A stretch of DNA of 61,885 nucleotides, filler included, from Choristocarpus tenellus KU-1152 (taxonomy: Eukaryota; Protista; Phaeophyceae): NCBI GenBank assembly GCA_964200185.2. It is 11 parts of 11 records of this genome, joined end to end, with 100 filler letters (N's around TTAATTAATTAA, not from the genome) between each part and the next. Parts side by side here need not be neighbours in the genome. Positions count along the whole stretch, not along the records: positions 24,073 to 28,091 come from CAXNAD020016642.1; positions 28,192 to 36,340 come from CAXNAD020005076.1; 9 more parts are not named here. One strand, written 5' to 3'. The first letter of the stretch is position 1. Each line of letters starts with the position of its first letter. This document shows positions 25,840-36,440 of the stretch, piece after piece. Position numbers and translations under genes: made by a program. The notes beneath the pieces are model-generated. The model was not told where the DNA came from. It saw nothing but the letters and a program-made list of their open reading frames with translations, and did no database searches.

Positions 25840-27818
25840 TACCAGTAGGTTCGCCCTCTGTGGCAATCGTAGGTTGTTTCACCAAAACGCCAAATTTTTT
25901 GTAGAACAATGTATATATCGAATGAAAGGGCATGAAAAGAGCTTTTGAAGGTTTGTATCCATGAATGTCCAAGCCTTAGGGAGCAGAAGTTATGTCCCGA
26001 TCAAATAATGGAAAAAAACGCGAGGAATATCTCCGATGCAATTTTGAACGTCACAACTTCAAAACGAACAAAAATGAAGTGGTCGAGTCAACTCCTTGCA
26101 AACACCTGGTCCGGGGTACCTCGCTGTCCAAGTTTGACCGGTGTGGTGATACCGAGAAAAAAAACAAGATTTCTATACATCTTTTTATCCGGACATCATT
26201 TTAACGCCTTTTGCAGTCTTTCCGTGAGGACACACACGTGTGACTTACACAGCAACATGAGCCAAGGCGGTGAGAAAAGGAGAGCCACTGAGGCCACTCT
26301 GCCCCGTGGATCTACCCTCGGCACCTTCTCTGTCGAGAGGCGACGGAAAAGCAAGTACCGTGTGGTACAAAGTGCGATGTTAGGTGACGAGAAAGTGGGA
26401 GTAGCGTGGTGCAGCAGCATAGTCAATTCGCGAAATGGATCATGAGGCCGCGACGCTGATGCTGAGAGAAGATGCATTGAAAGCATTACCACACAAACGT
26501 GGTTGGGTCTTCAACCACGTCGGAGCATTGCTCTGCAGTCTCTGCAACCTCGGGAAAACAGGAAGAGAGCGGTGAGTCCATCACCAGGAGGTAGAGTGAC
26601 GAAATCTGTGGGGAAGCCTGGTCGCGGCGGGCAAGGGGAGAACCGGGGTGGCCGCCAAAAGGGAAGATTGAGGAAGAGAGCAACGTGACTGTGTGCCATT
26701 GGGCTCAGGGAACGCCTAAGCAAAAACCCGGGTGTGTAGAATATCTTAGTAGTCGACAGTTCCAGTAGGCCCTGGATGTCTGGAAGCTGTACGAGCCAGG
26801 GTGGCTTAAGGAAACGAGAAATAATGTGCTAAAGTTGGGCTAGAAGGACTTTGAAGCCCGAAAGGAAGTCGAAAGGCCTCGCAAGGTGAAGGAGAAAGCG
26901 ATCTTAACAAAGGTAGTCTTGGAGACTTTTCGATACCACCAAATCCTTTCCTTAGAAGAGGGTCGCGAAGAAGATGGAGGTAGCCAAGGACAAGGACGCT
27001 AGGGAATAAGAGGTGAGATTGAGACTATTTGCACACCGATGGTTTGGTGTCTCCCACTTCTTGCAAGATGTCGTACATTCTTTTTAGCTCGTGGACCTAG
27101 GGTTGGACGTATAAATTTGATTAAGCCTTTCTCTCAGCCTGCGTTCATTCGAGAAATCAACACAACTTTCGATCAACTCAAGTCTGTTCTCCCTCGCCCT
27201 TGTGCCTTGATGATAAAATATCACCCATCCAGGAAACATGGACGATGCCCATTCCCTGCACTCACGAGGAAATGTGATGGTAAAGGCTCTAACACTGTGA
27301 ATCCTGTACGTGTGTATGAATGATGGGAAAGACCATCAAATGGCGCTCGAGATGGCAACAGGATATGCGATGGTCAGGGTGGAAACTGTGAGTAAATGGG
27401 AGAGAGACTTCCTATCTAAGGGCCATATCAAGGTGTCGGAGCAAGGGCACTATGAGAGGCGTTTCGTCCTGAGCCTTGACGAGGACATCCCTGCCGAGGT
27501 CCAAGAGTGGGTGCGCAAACACACAGGAAGAAAGGGTGGGGAGACTTTTTTCCCAACTAAACCCTATACTTTAATCAAGTAATAGTGCTTATGTTGCCAC
27601 TCTTGGTGACCTACAATCCAGGGTTCGAACCCCAATATGAGTGCTCTTTCTTCAAAAAAGGAAAAAATGACGGAAAAAAATGACGGAAAAAATAACGAAG
27701 CCCGTGCTCTGGAGGGCCTTGTGGCGGGCATCACGAATATGCTTTTTAAAAAAATCCGATGTCTAAATCAAAAGTTATGACGGGACAACCTCAGAGGGCG
27801 AAGCTACTGGTACCACTA
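25840..27818 (+). mobile_element. TIR DNA transposon relic, copy 2
   Basis: Starts TACCAGTAGGTTCGCCCTCTG, the near-perfect inverse of its right end CAGAGGGCGAAGCTACTGGTA(CCACTA). Confidence 0.8.
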
Positions 27819-28018
27819 AAGTGTTTTTCATTACCATATCTAATGAAAATTCTCATTTATAGTTCGAAACAATAGTGAAAAGTATAGTGGTCTCGGTAAG
27901 GCCCTCGGGGTAACACTCGGTGGTTTGATGATCTCATAGAGGAAAGATCCAATCGATGCGACCAATTCGCATTTGGTTTAGCCAACCAAAATGCTACAAT
28001 AGCTGCATTGTACAAGGA

Positions 28019-28091
28019 GGGTCAAAGTATCTGGGGGGGGGTGTCGGCGTCCGTTTTTCACCCTTTTTTCGATTTTCACTCTTTTGGTGTG
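28019..28091 (+). mobile_element. MITE family B terminus (truncated by gap)
   Basis: GGGTCAAAGTATCTGGGGGGGG start; matches 1-73 in reverse. Confidence 0.75.
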
Positions 28092-28191
28092 NNNNNNNNN
28101 NNNNNNNNNNNNNNNNNNNNNNNNNNNNNNNNNNNTTAATTAATTAANNNNNNNNNNNNNNNNNNNNNNNNNNNNNNNNNNNNNNNNNNNN

Positions 28192-30507
28192 TGCTGCCAT
28201 GGCCGCACCCCCCGCACCGACAACCAGTGCTATCCCATTTGAATGCTGCAAATCATCCTTTGGTAAAGGCCACTTGCCAGAGGCCTCGAGTCGTGCCCTC
28301 ACAGGCCGTAGGATCCCTAGCCAGTCTGTATTATCCCCATGTAGCTGTCGCTCCCCAGTCTCAGGGTCGACGGTTACAATAACAGTGTTGACAGCACCTA
28401 TCTTTGCTGCTGCCTCACTGACCTCATCCATGTATGGCAAGATATTTTGCTTGTGAGGGATGGTTACAGAGGCCCCACCAAAGTCGTTCCTGGCTAGGGC
28501 TCCTGACATTATCTCTGGATCTTCACCCTCGCAAAGAGAGTACTGATGTGGCAGTCCACATTGGCGGAAACCTGCGTTGTGCATGTTTGGGCTGGGTGAT
28601 GCGGAAATGGGGGAGCCAAAGAGGAAGAAACTGCGGGCTGGTGTGATGTCAAGTTCCTCACGAAACTTCATGATCTCTGCAGAGGACAACTGTCCTGGAG
28701 CTGCAACAAAAGGAAGCTTCTCGTGGGTGACTGGGGTGAAGCAGGAATTAAGGACACGGCTCAGCTTTCCCGTTGGTGTCAGGCACAAGCCAATGTATGG
28801 CACAGGAAGATTAAGGGACTGTGCAGCAGCATGTACACGAAAGCTATCCTCAGGCTCCAAAGCTGTTGTGACCACCTTGTGTCCGTCCGTAGGGGAGGGT
28901 GAGAAAAAGCTCTTAGCTGGCATGATCACCAAGGCAGGATGGATGCAACAGTACAGCAAAAACTCAAGATTGTGTGTGCTATGTCTACCCCTGTCACTGT
29001 TGAGCTCTTTAGCATACCACAAATCCAGGTTTTGATATAATGAACCCTTCTGAGGAAAGTCACCATAAGAATCATAGCGATAGATGTGCATTCTACAGGT
29101 AATCTTGATACCCTGAGAAAGAGTACTTAAAGTCAAAACATGCTCTCCACACATCCCATGCCCCTTACCTTGACTGCATCCACCTTGCCGTTGTGGTAGC
29201 ACTCCAGGAACAGATTCCTAGCTTGCTCCTGGGTGGTTTTCTGTCCGACCACATGATACGATCCTACCAGCATAGTGCCAGGGTACTTGTCCCGTGCCTC
29301 ATTTATGAGATCTTCCCTATACTTAAGTGGCCAGTTAGCCTCTACATCTAGCACCTCAGCTCCTGCACGCAGTCCCCATCGAGCCAGGCGGAAGAGGGCA
29401 TCCGCGTCATCTTGGAACGCCCCACACTGTCCCTTCGATCGCACTGTGAATACCACAGGCATGTTGCCCGTGTGGCGGCGCAGAGTGGATAGTTGTTCGA
29501 CGACGGAGTAAGGGTCATGATTGGCCAAGAGGTCGACCCGCAGCTCCATGGCGTCTACTCCCTCCGTCAGCTCCGGCAGGAGTTCGATGTGAGGCGTAAA
29601 ATCTGGAAAGGTGAGAGACAGAAAAAAGGTATCCTTGCCCATGTCAAGTCTCACGTCCTCGCTGGAAACTAGAGGTCTCCTGGCGAAGGCTATCAGCCTC
29701 GACAGGTCAGACTTGGCGGCCGATATGTCCTTCGCAACCACCACCGTGTATCTTGTCGCCAGCTTGCATCTTTCCCGTAGCTCTCCCTCGTCACCCCCCC
29801 CCCCATTCAATGATACCACGTGGATTGCCAGTGGTTGTGCTTTCACTAGCTCGCGCACTTCTGGGTGGTTCAGACATATATTGGGAGTGCAAATAAACAC
29901 CTCATCAGATCTTCCCCGTGCCAAGATATCCTCAACACCCCGCGATCCATCTGACTTCGCGATATCGCTCAAGTCTGTAATAGCAGAAGACACAGAAGTC
30001 GCACACCCTGCCATTTCTCTTAGTACTTCAATGTCCGAGCCCACCAACACGACTGATGCATACACCCTTTCCCGAGTTGTTGTGTCCGAGGTGCTCTTCA
30101 CACGAGGATGACTGATTATCTCCTGTTTAGTATCCCCAGTCATACTCATAGAACATCCACGGGTTCCTCCTCCAGAGGGCACTGCTTGGACTGATGCCCT
30201 GCTCAATCACAATGGGAGATATACGAATGTGGTCAAGTAAAAGCATAGGAAACACACAGGGAACAATCAAACTGCATGAACAAGTCTACGAAAGGGATTT
30301 CCACCTATCGTATATGCTTTCCTCTCCCCCACTGTAAACTATCCTCGAAGCAAGAACATGACGCTGTGAGAATGAAGGGTGGTGTGCCAGCGATTTGGAA
30401 GATAGCACTGGAGAACCCACCAACCACGCTTTGACACTCGCGGTTGGCGAACCTATCAATGATACCAAGACTGAGGCAAGAGCGAGCGCTAAGCAACGAC
30501 TGGTCAT
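28192..30507 (-). CDS. Plastid-targeted bifunctional type I 3-dehydroquinate dehydratase / shikimate dehydrogenase (3' end in gap)
   Basis: Exons 30507-30305 (signal peptide ending VKA/W plus Ser-rich transit-like region), 30198-29169 (FFLSLTFPD, DAMELRVDLL, VVFTVRSKGQCGAF, GSYH) and 28875-28192 (GKLSRVLN, AAPGQLS, SPSPNMHN, GASVTIPHK, IGAVNT, GDNTDWLG, VVGAGGAA). Splice phases consistent. Confidence 0.93.
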
Positions 30508-30956
30508 GCCGACGTCTTGCAGCATCTATCCATTCCTATTGACTCAATTTGAGTTGAAAACAGATCAATCTGCTAAATTGGGTTTCTATACCCTTGGATG
30601 AAATGTCGGAGACGAATTTTTGTGTCGTTGTGGAAGACCCTATTAGGGAAAGGAACCACAGAAGGGCTGTGGTGGAAGGTGAGACGCAAGAGAAGATTTA
30701 ATGCCCTATCGAAAAGATATACTAGATCAATCTTTCCACCAAGTCGGTTTTGTCCATTGCCAATAGATCTGGCGGTCTTTACCTACATCTACCCCCTCTT
30801 TACATACACCTACCCACAGTGAAGGCGGTATTATCACAACTATGTTTGCGTATAAAGTGGGATTGTGGGGGGACTCGGATCGACTGTGGATGCAATTTTT
30901 AAGTTAAATAGGTTCTGACCATATTCGTATGCATTTTCCCCCCTGATATCAACAGT

Positions 30957-32750
30957 ATGGCGGCTATGGCGACGGCAATCCCACCAGTGCAAGGAAAGGC
31001 TGAAGCTGTGGATGCTGCTCTTGTCTATGCAGAGGAGGAGGCCAAGCGGAAGCGACTTGAGTGTCGCTTCTACGAGGCACAATATCCTGAGATTGAGGAG
31101 GTGGTGATGGTTAATGTTCGAAATATTGCAGAGATGGGAGCTTATGTGGTACTTCTCGAGTACAACAACATCGAAGGCATGATCCTTTTGTCGGAGTTGT
31201 CTCGACGGCGCATTCGCTCCATCAATAAGCTTATTCGCGTTAACCGTAATGAGGTGGCAATGGTATTGCGTGTGGATAAAGAAAAGGTGGGGAACGCAAA
31301 CGTGGGCAGAGTCTTCACGTGTTTCGGATCGTAGGAGTTGACTTGTGTGGTGCAATTTTGTCAGGTTCTTGAGCCTTGCCTGCTTGATACATATGCGAGA
31401 TTATTTCTTCTTCTTCTAAGGTTGGTTGCTAGCTTGTATGACCATGAATGTCTTAGTGGGTTGTTAATCTCTTGGATGTTCTCCTTGTGAGATAGCATCG
31501 CTGTCCCTGAAATTTTCCCTCGCCTCCTCCATTGCAACCCCAAGAATATCCTAACAAACATCGAGGTGTGTGTGTGTGTATGGATTATTGTACTTCTACT
31601 CTCAAAGGGATACATAGACTTGTCGAAGCGGAGGGTGAGTCCGGAGGATGTGGCAAAGTGTGAAGACCGTTACAACAAGGCAAAGGCTGTGCACAGCGTT
31701 TTGCGACATGTGGCCGACTTGAGGGGCCTTATCCTGGAAGACCTCAGCAAAAAGGTGTCTTGGCCCCTGTATAAGAAGTATGGGCATGCATTTGATGCCT
31801 TCAAGCTTACACTTCAGGATGAGGAGGATGTGTTTGTGGGGCTTGACATTGATGCTGAGACCAAGGAGTCACTTATCACACACATCAAGCGTCGCCTGGC
31901 TCCACAGCCCATCAAGGTGCGCACTGATGTGGAAGTCACATGCTACACCTATGAGGGCATTGATGCTGTCAAGGAGGCACTTATTGCTGGCAAGCATGTC
32001 GGGGATGACAAGACTCCCATCCAGATCAAGCTCATTGCACCCCCTCGCTACGTGATGGACACCATGACACTGGACAAGGATTTGGGCAAGGCTGCGCTGG
32101 AGCGAGCGATTGAGATTGTGACAGAAAAGATCACAGAAAAGGGGGGAAAGCTGGAGGTAAGAAGTACACTGTGAATTGATTATTTGTATGGCCACAGGAA
32201 AGGAGTTTGTTCTGGGCATGGGAGATAAGCAGAACATTGACGAAGGATAAGAAATTAAGCTCTCAGTTCAGGCACACATTGGTGCTTCTTGCAGTGTTAC
32301 ACTGTTGTCCTCTTTTTTGCCCATTGATGCTTTTCCAGCTTTGTTGTTATCCCTCTTGCTGTTCAGTAATATAGGTGAAACTGAATTTGGTTGTTGAGCT
32401 TTCCGGGTTTAGTACCTCTAATTAATGACGTTGTGCTGCAAGTTAAAACCTCTATTCAGCAAAACAAGCTCCAGCTAATGTGCGGTGCGAGAGGCTGTCT
32501 ACTTATGTTGTTCTGACAGCATCAACTTTATGCCCTTTTAAGCCTATCTTCATTATCTGTTCCAATCTACACATCAGTACTACACCGAGCACTAAGTATG
32601 ACAATATTTTTGTGTACGGTTTCCTACTTACAGGTGAAGATGGCGCCCAAGGCTGTAAGCCAAAGGGAAGAGACTGAGCTTCAGGCCATGCTTGAGCGAC
32701 TAGCACTCGAGAATGAAGAAATTGATGGCGATGCTCTAGAGGATGTTTAG
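30957..32750 (+). CDS. EIF2S1: Eukaryotic translation initiation factor 2 subunit alpha
   Basis: Exons 30957-31286, 31608-32156 and 32634-32750, 331 aa. Motifs [28 protein letters not shown] (phospho-Ser motif), [16 protein letters not shown] and IKLIAPPRY. Confidence 0.97.
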
Positions 32751-35385
32751 CTTAGTGGGAGTTGAGAATGTCCTCTTCTGTTGCTATTTTGTATTGTTCC
32801 ATGTTCTGATACTGACTGTGCTGCTTGGATACAAGATAGCTCAATGGCCTTCTGTGGCAAGGGGGGGGTGATGAGTCCCTGGTTTCTTCCTGCCATAGGC
32901 GGGGATTAGGTTGGGTGGCTAGTGATGGAGCTCCAAGTTGGCAAGCACATGGAATTATACCTACTAAAATCACAAGATATTGTTCTGGGTGGGAAGCGCA
33001 GGCTCACAGACCAAAGAATGATGTGTTAATCCTCAGTGCTCATATTAGACTGAAGGATAACAACAGGAGATTGGTTGTGTCACCCTAGTTTTAGGGGTGC
33101 AATACCCCAAGCCCCCAATTTCATGAATGCACAAGAGTAAAGGACAGGTTATGCCACAATTTATGCTGTTTACTCCTGCCACCCTGGGTAGCTCTTGTGA
33201 CACAGCCTCCCTTTAGCCCCTTACTGAAAAAGACATGGATAATTAACCCCCCCCATTATTGCAGATGCGTATCATTCTCATATTTTGCCAACTGACTGTC
33301 GTCATATTTGCCATACTCCCCATTAATTAGAATTTCATGTACATATTGCTTACTCTATATGTCAGGGACAGGTTCCTTTTTTGGGATCTCCGACACACAC
33401 ACTTGTGCATAAGACGCGCGGTCATATACAATTGCGCGCGCCAACCACGTCATTTGAGGTCATCCATACCGACCAGTCCTATAAACCAACATCCATAAGA
33501 TCCGGATTTGACCAAACAGCCAAAATGAACCGTCAGATCGAAGAACCATTCCGATTCTGACTTATCCATTTATTTGCTGTGACATTGCTCAGTCATTCGG
33601 GAAAATCTGTTGCGTTTTGAGGTTTTTGTTCTGTGCTCGATTTCCTCAACAGACTTTGAGATGTTGGGCTAAGACCTTTGATGCTCGGTCTCATCCTCTG
33701 AGGTGGAAGAGTTCACTCCGGTGATTGTGATTGCCCCCTTCAGCAGAGAACTTGGCACTTTTGACACTTCCACATATAGTATTGAAACAAACTTGTAAGT
33801 GCTGACCAGTTGCTTCCTGGTTGACCAAGGTGACACTGATGTAAGGGCGACAAATATACATGCCACCCATCCATGTCCTCACTGTTGAATTTACAAAGAG
33901 ATGCATTTTTGAGAGAGGGGTTGAATAGTCAAGGGAGATGTCACTCATTATCCATCGGCAGTCAGTGTGAGCCTTCAGAGTGGAACTTTTGTGTCCTTTT
34001 GGGAGAGTTTAATAAAATTAAATGTCTAAAGGTAAGACACTCTCATGCGAGGAACAGTACATATATTAGTACAGTCAATTCTGATACTCTCTATTTCGAC
34101 TTGGACCAAATCAGGAATTTTATGCTTGGTTGTGTTGATGGTATGGCAGTGACAGAAGCTGTAGATTTTTGAATGTCTTATTTGTCTTGCACCACCGTGC
34201 TGTCCCTGCCAATTACTAACAATTCATGGTTGCTCTCACTTGAATCTACACTACTTGCTGTAGTGTGACCAACACTGTAGCACCACCGATCTACCATGCT
34301 TCAAGTGATATTTTTACAAGGAGTTTCTGGAGGTAAAAAGTGGTCGAGAATGCTCGATTATTTGGATATTTGTGACCAGGTTTGAGGTGTATTTTTCTGG
34401 TAGTTGGCACAAGTGCATGAATATCAAACAAAGCAAGGAGACGTGATGAAGCTTTCAAGGCGATGTTATCTTTTGATTCGCCTGCAAATATAGTGGAGGT
34501 AGGTCATCTGAATGAGATGTATATGTTCTACAATGTCATTCGACCCTCCCAGCTTGTTCCAGGCCTGGTCACACGAAAAAAACAAGAGAGTTTGGCTGTT
34601 TCTTCAGTGCTTGGTCCGAACAATATGGGTGTGCATCTGTTTTTGCTAGGAAGATACGTCATCCATTCTTTGGCGTTTGTGAACCACCCACTTCTGTAAG
34701 AATGTTACATATCTGTCTTTCCTTGCGAACCTTGCTCATTTCCGGTGGTGATGTTCATATCACTTCAGACAGGATAAAATTTGCACATCCATGTCTCATT
34801 GTGAGCAAGTATGTCAATCGCCGTTGCCTAGATGCCGAAAGTTGCAAGTGTGCATATGATGTTGAGATGGGTGAGATTCATGGAGACAGATGCATTCACG
34901 TGATATGGGCTACACATGCCAACTATTCACTTGTTGCCTTGCCGCTGGTCCCGTAGCTGTAAGGCTGGTGCCCCATGTAATGTGGCCTCTTCTCTTTCGC
35001 AAGTGTTTGGCGGACGTGTTTTATACTTCGAAGACATTGTGTGAGTTCATGTCTATACCCCTAAAACAGAAGAATAGCGAGAACTGTTTAAGAATAAATA
35101 GAACTACCATGAAGCAAGAAGGAGGTGCCTCCATCCAGGGTCAAAGTCATTGCACCATCACTTGACAAGTGCAAAGAGCTGTTCGAATTGCGAAGGCATG
35201 GGTGAGAGGAAAAGAGTGTCACCAAGAAACCACATCACACACACTACAAAGTCATGCATGGTTTCACTTTTTTATTGTAAACTTGTCCGTGAAACTTTAG
35301 TTGTTTTTGCCTCTACACTTGTAAGCTTAATTCATTTATGGTCGAAAACTAGGAGACTCCAACAACCGTATCAAGATGATGTTTC

Positions 35386-36078
35386 TTACAGTGGAAACAT
35401 CCCTTCCTTAACCGAAAATGCATCCGCAGTACTGAACACCTCTGGAATTTTCGGAGATCCTGTCTCATCGTTCATGGCCTTGGTCCAAGCACGGCCGACC
35501 TGAGCACCCCACGGTGATCCAAGCCCAAACGAGCCCACAGCAGCATTTCTCGGCATGAAGTGCTCTGCTCTCAACACCTGGAGAGCCCCCAATGCCTCTC
35601 CCATACGTGCAACACTACCTTCTACCTGGGGCAAAACTATTTCATGCATGTGGTCTATCGCAGCGAATAGTGCCTCGAGTTGTTGGGCATTCTTGGAGAG
35701 TCGTGGAATAATTTCACTTGACAACATTTCAGCCTGAGCTTCAAGTAGCGAAGCTTCTTGTTGCGACACCTTTAAGCTACCCTGTGCCTCTGCTACAAAT
35801 GCATCTAAAGATGCGTCAGGTTGCGAACTGTTTCCACTTCTCCCAATTTCCTCGACAACTCCTTCCCTTGCCAATAAATCTGAGGACTGATCAACTGAAT
35901 GGGGGGTCCATCCCTCTGATCGTGACTTGTCCTCTTTTCCCCCTTCTCTAAAACTCCTGTTTATGAAAACGCGGGCGAGGGAGTAGCAAAATTCTCGAAA
36001 TTCGTCGTTAAGTTCCCTATCCGCTTCGCGATCAACTTCAGATGTCGTCTTCCCCGGTCCTGGACCAGGCTCAGCCAT
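35386..36078 (-). CDS. Probable BLOC-1 subunit 4 (cappuccino)-like coiled-coil protein
   Basis: Single 230-aa ORF. IIPRLSKNAQQLEALFAAIDHM...VEGSVARM and C-terminal PEVFSTADAF resemble cappuccino-family patterns recalled from memory. Confidence 0.6.
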   Translation of the reverse strand: MAEPGPGPGKTTSEVDREADRELNDEFREFCYSLARVFINRSFREGGKEDKSRSEGWTPHSVDQSSDLLAREGVVEEIGRSGNSSQPDASLDAFVAEAQGSLKVSQQEASLLEAQAEMLSSEIIPRLSKNAQQLEALFAAIDHMHEIVLPQVEGSVARMGEALGALQVLRAEHFMPRNAAVGSFGLGSPWGAQVGRAWTKAMNDETGSPKIPEVFSTADAFSVKEGMFPL

Positions 36079-36440
36079 CTATCTCTCGTCCCTCTTAATA
36101 TCCCCTTTCGCACTAAATTGACCTTTTACTTGAGTATTGCAATGTCACTGTAGTACGATTTGTTTAAAAATGGTGTGTATCATTCACTACTGTTGGTCGG
36201 AATTCCTCCGCATATGACTCTTCGGATTATTACATATCATGAATTTCATCAATACGAATATAAATAACCCCACTTGTGTGAATCGTGTGATTCTGTGGCG
36301 GCGTGGTTCACTCAGGCAAGGGTGGCGAAGAGAATCACCGNNNNNNNNNNNNNNNNNNNNNNNNNNNNNNNNNNNNNNNNNNNNTTAATTAATTAANNNN
36401 NNNNNNNNNNNNNNNNNNNNNNNNNNNNNNNNNNNNNNNN

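Noticed and set aside
34443-34511. C/D box snoRNA (GTGATGA...CTGA)
   Set aside because: No convincing terminal stem or recognisable rRNA guide; the boxes alone are too short to support a call.
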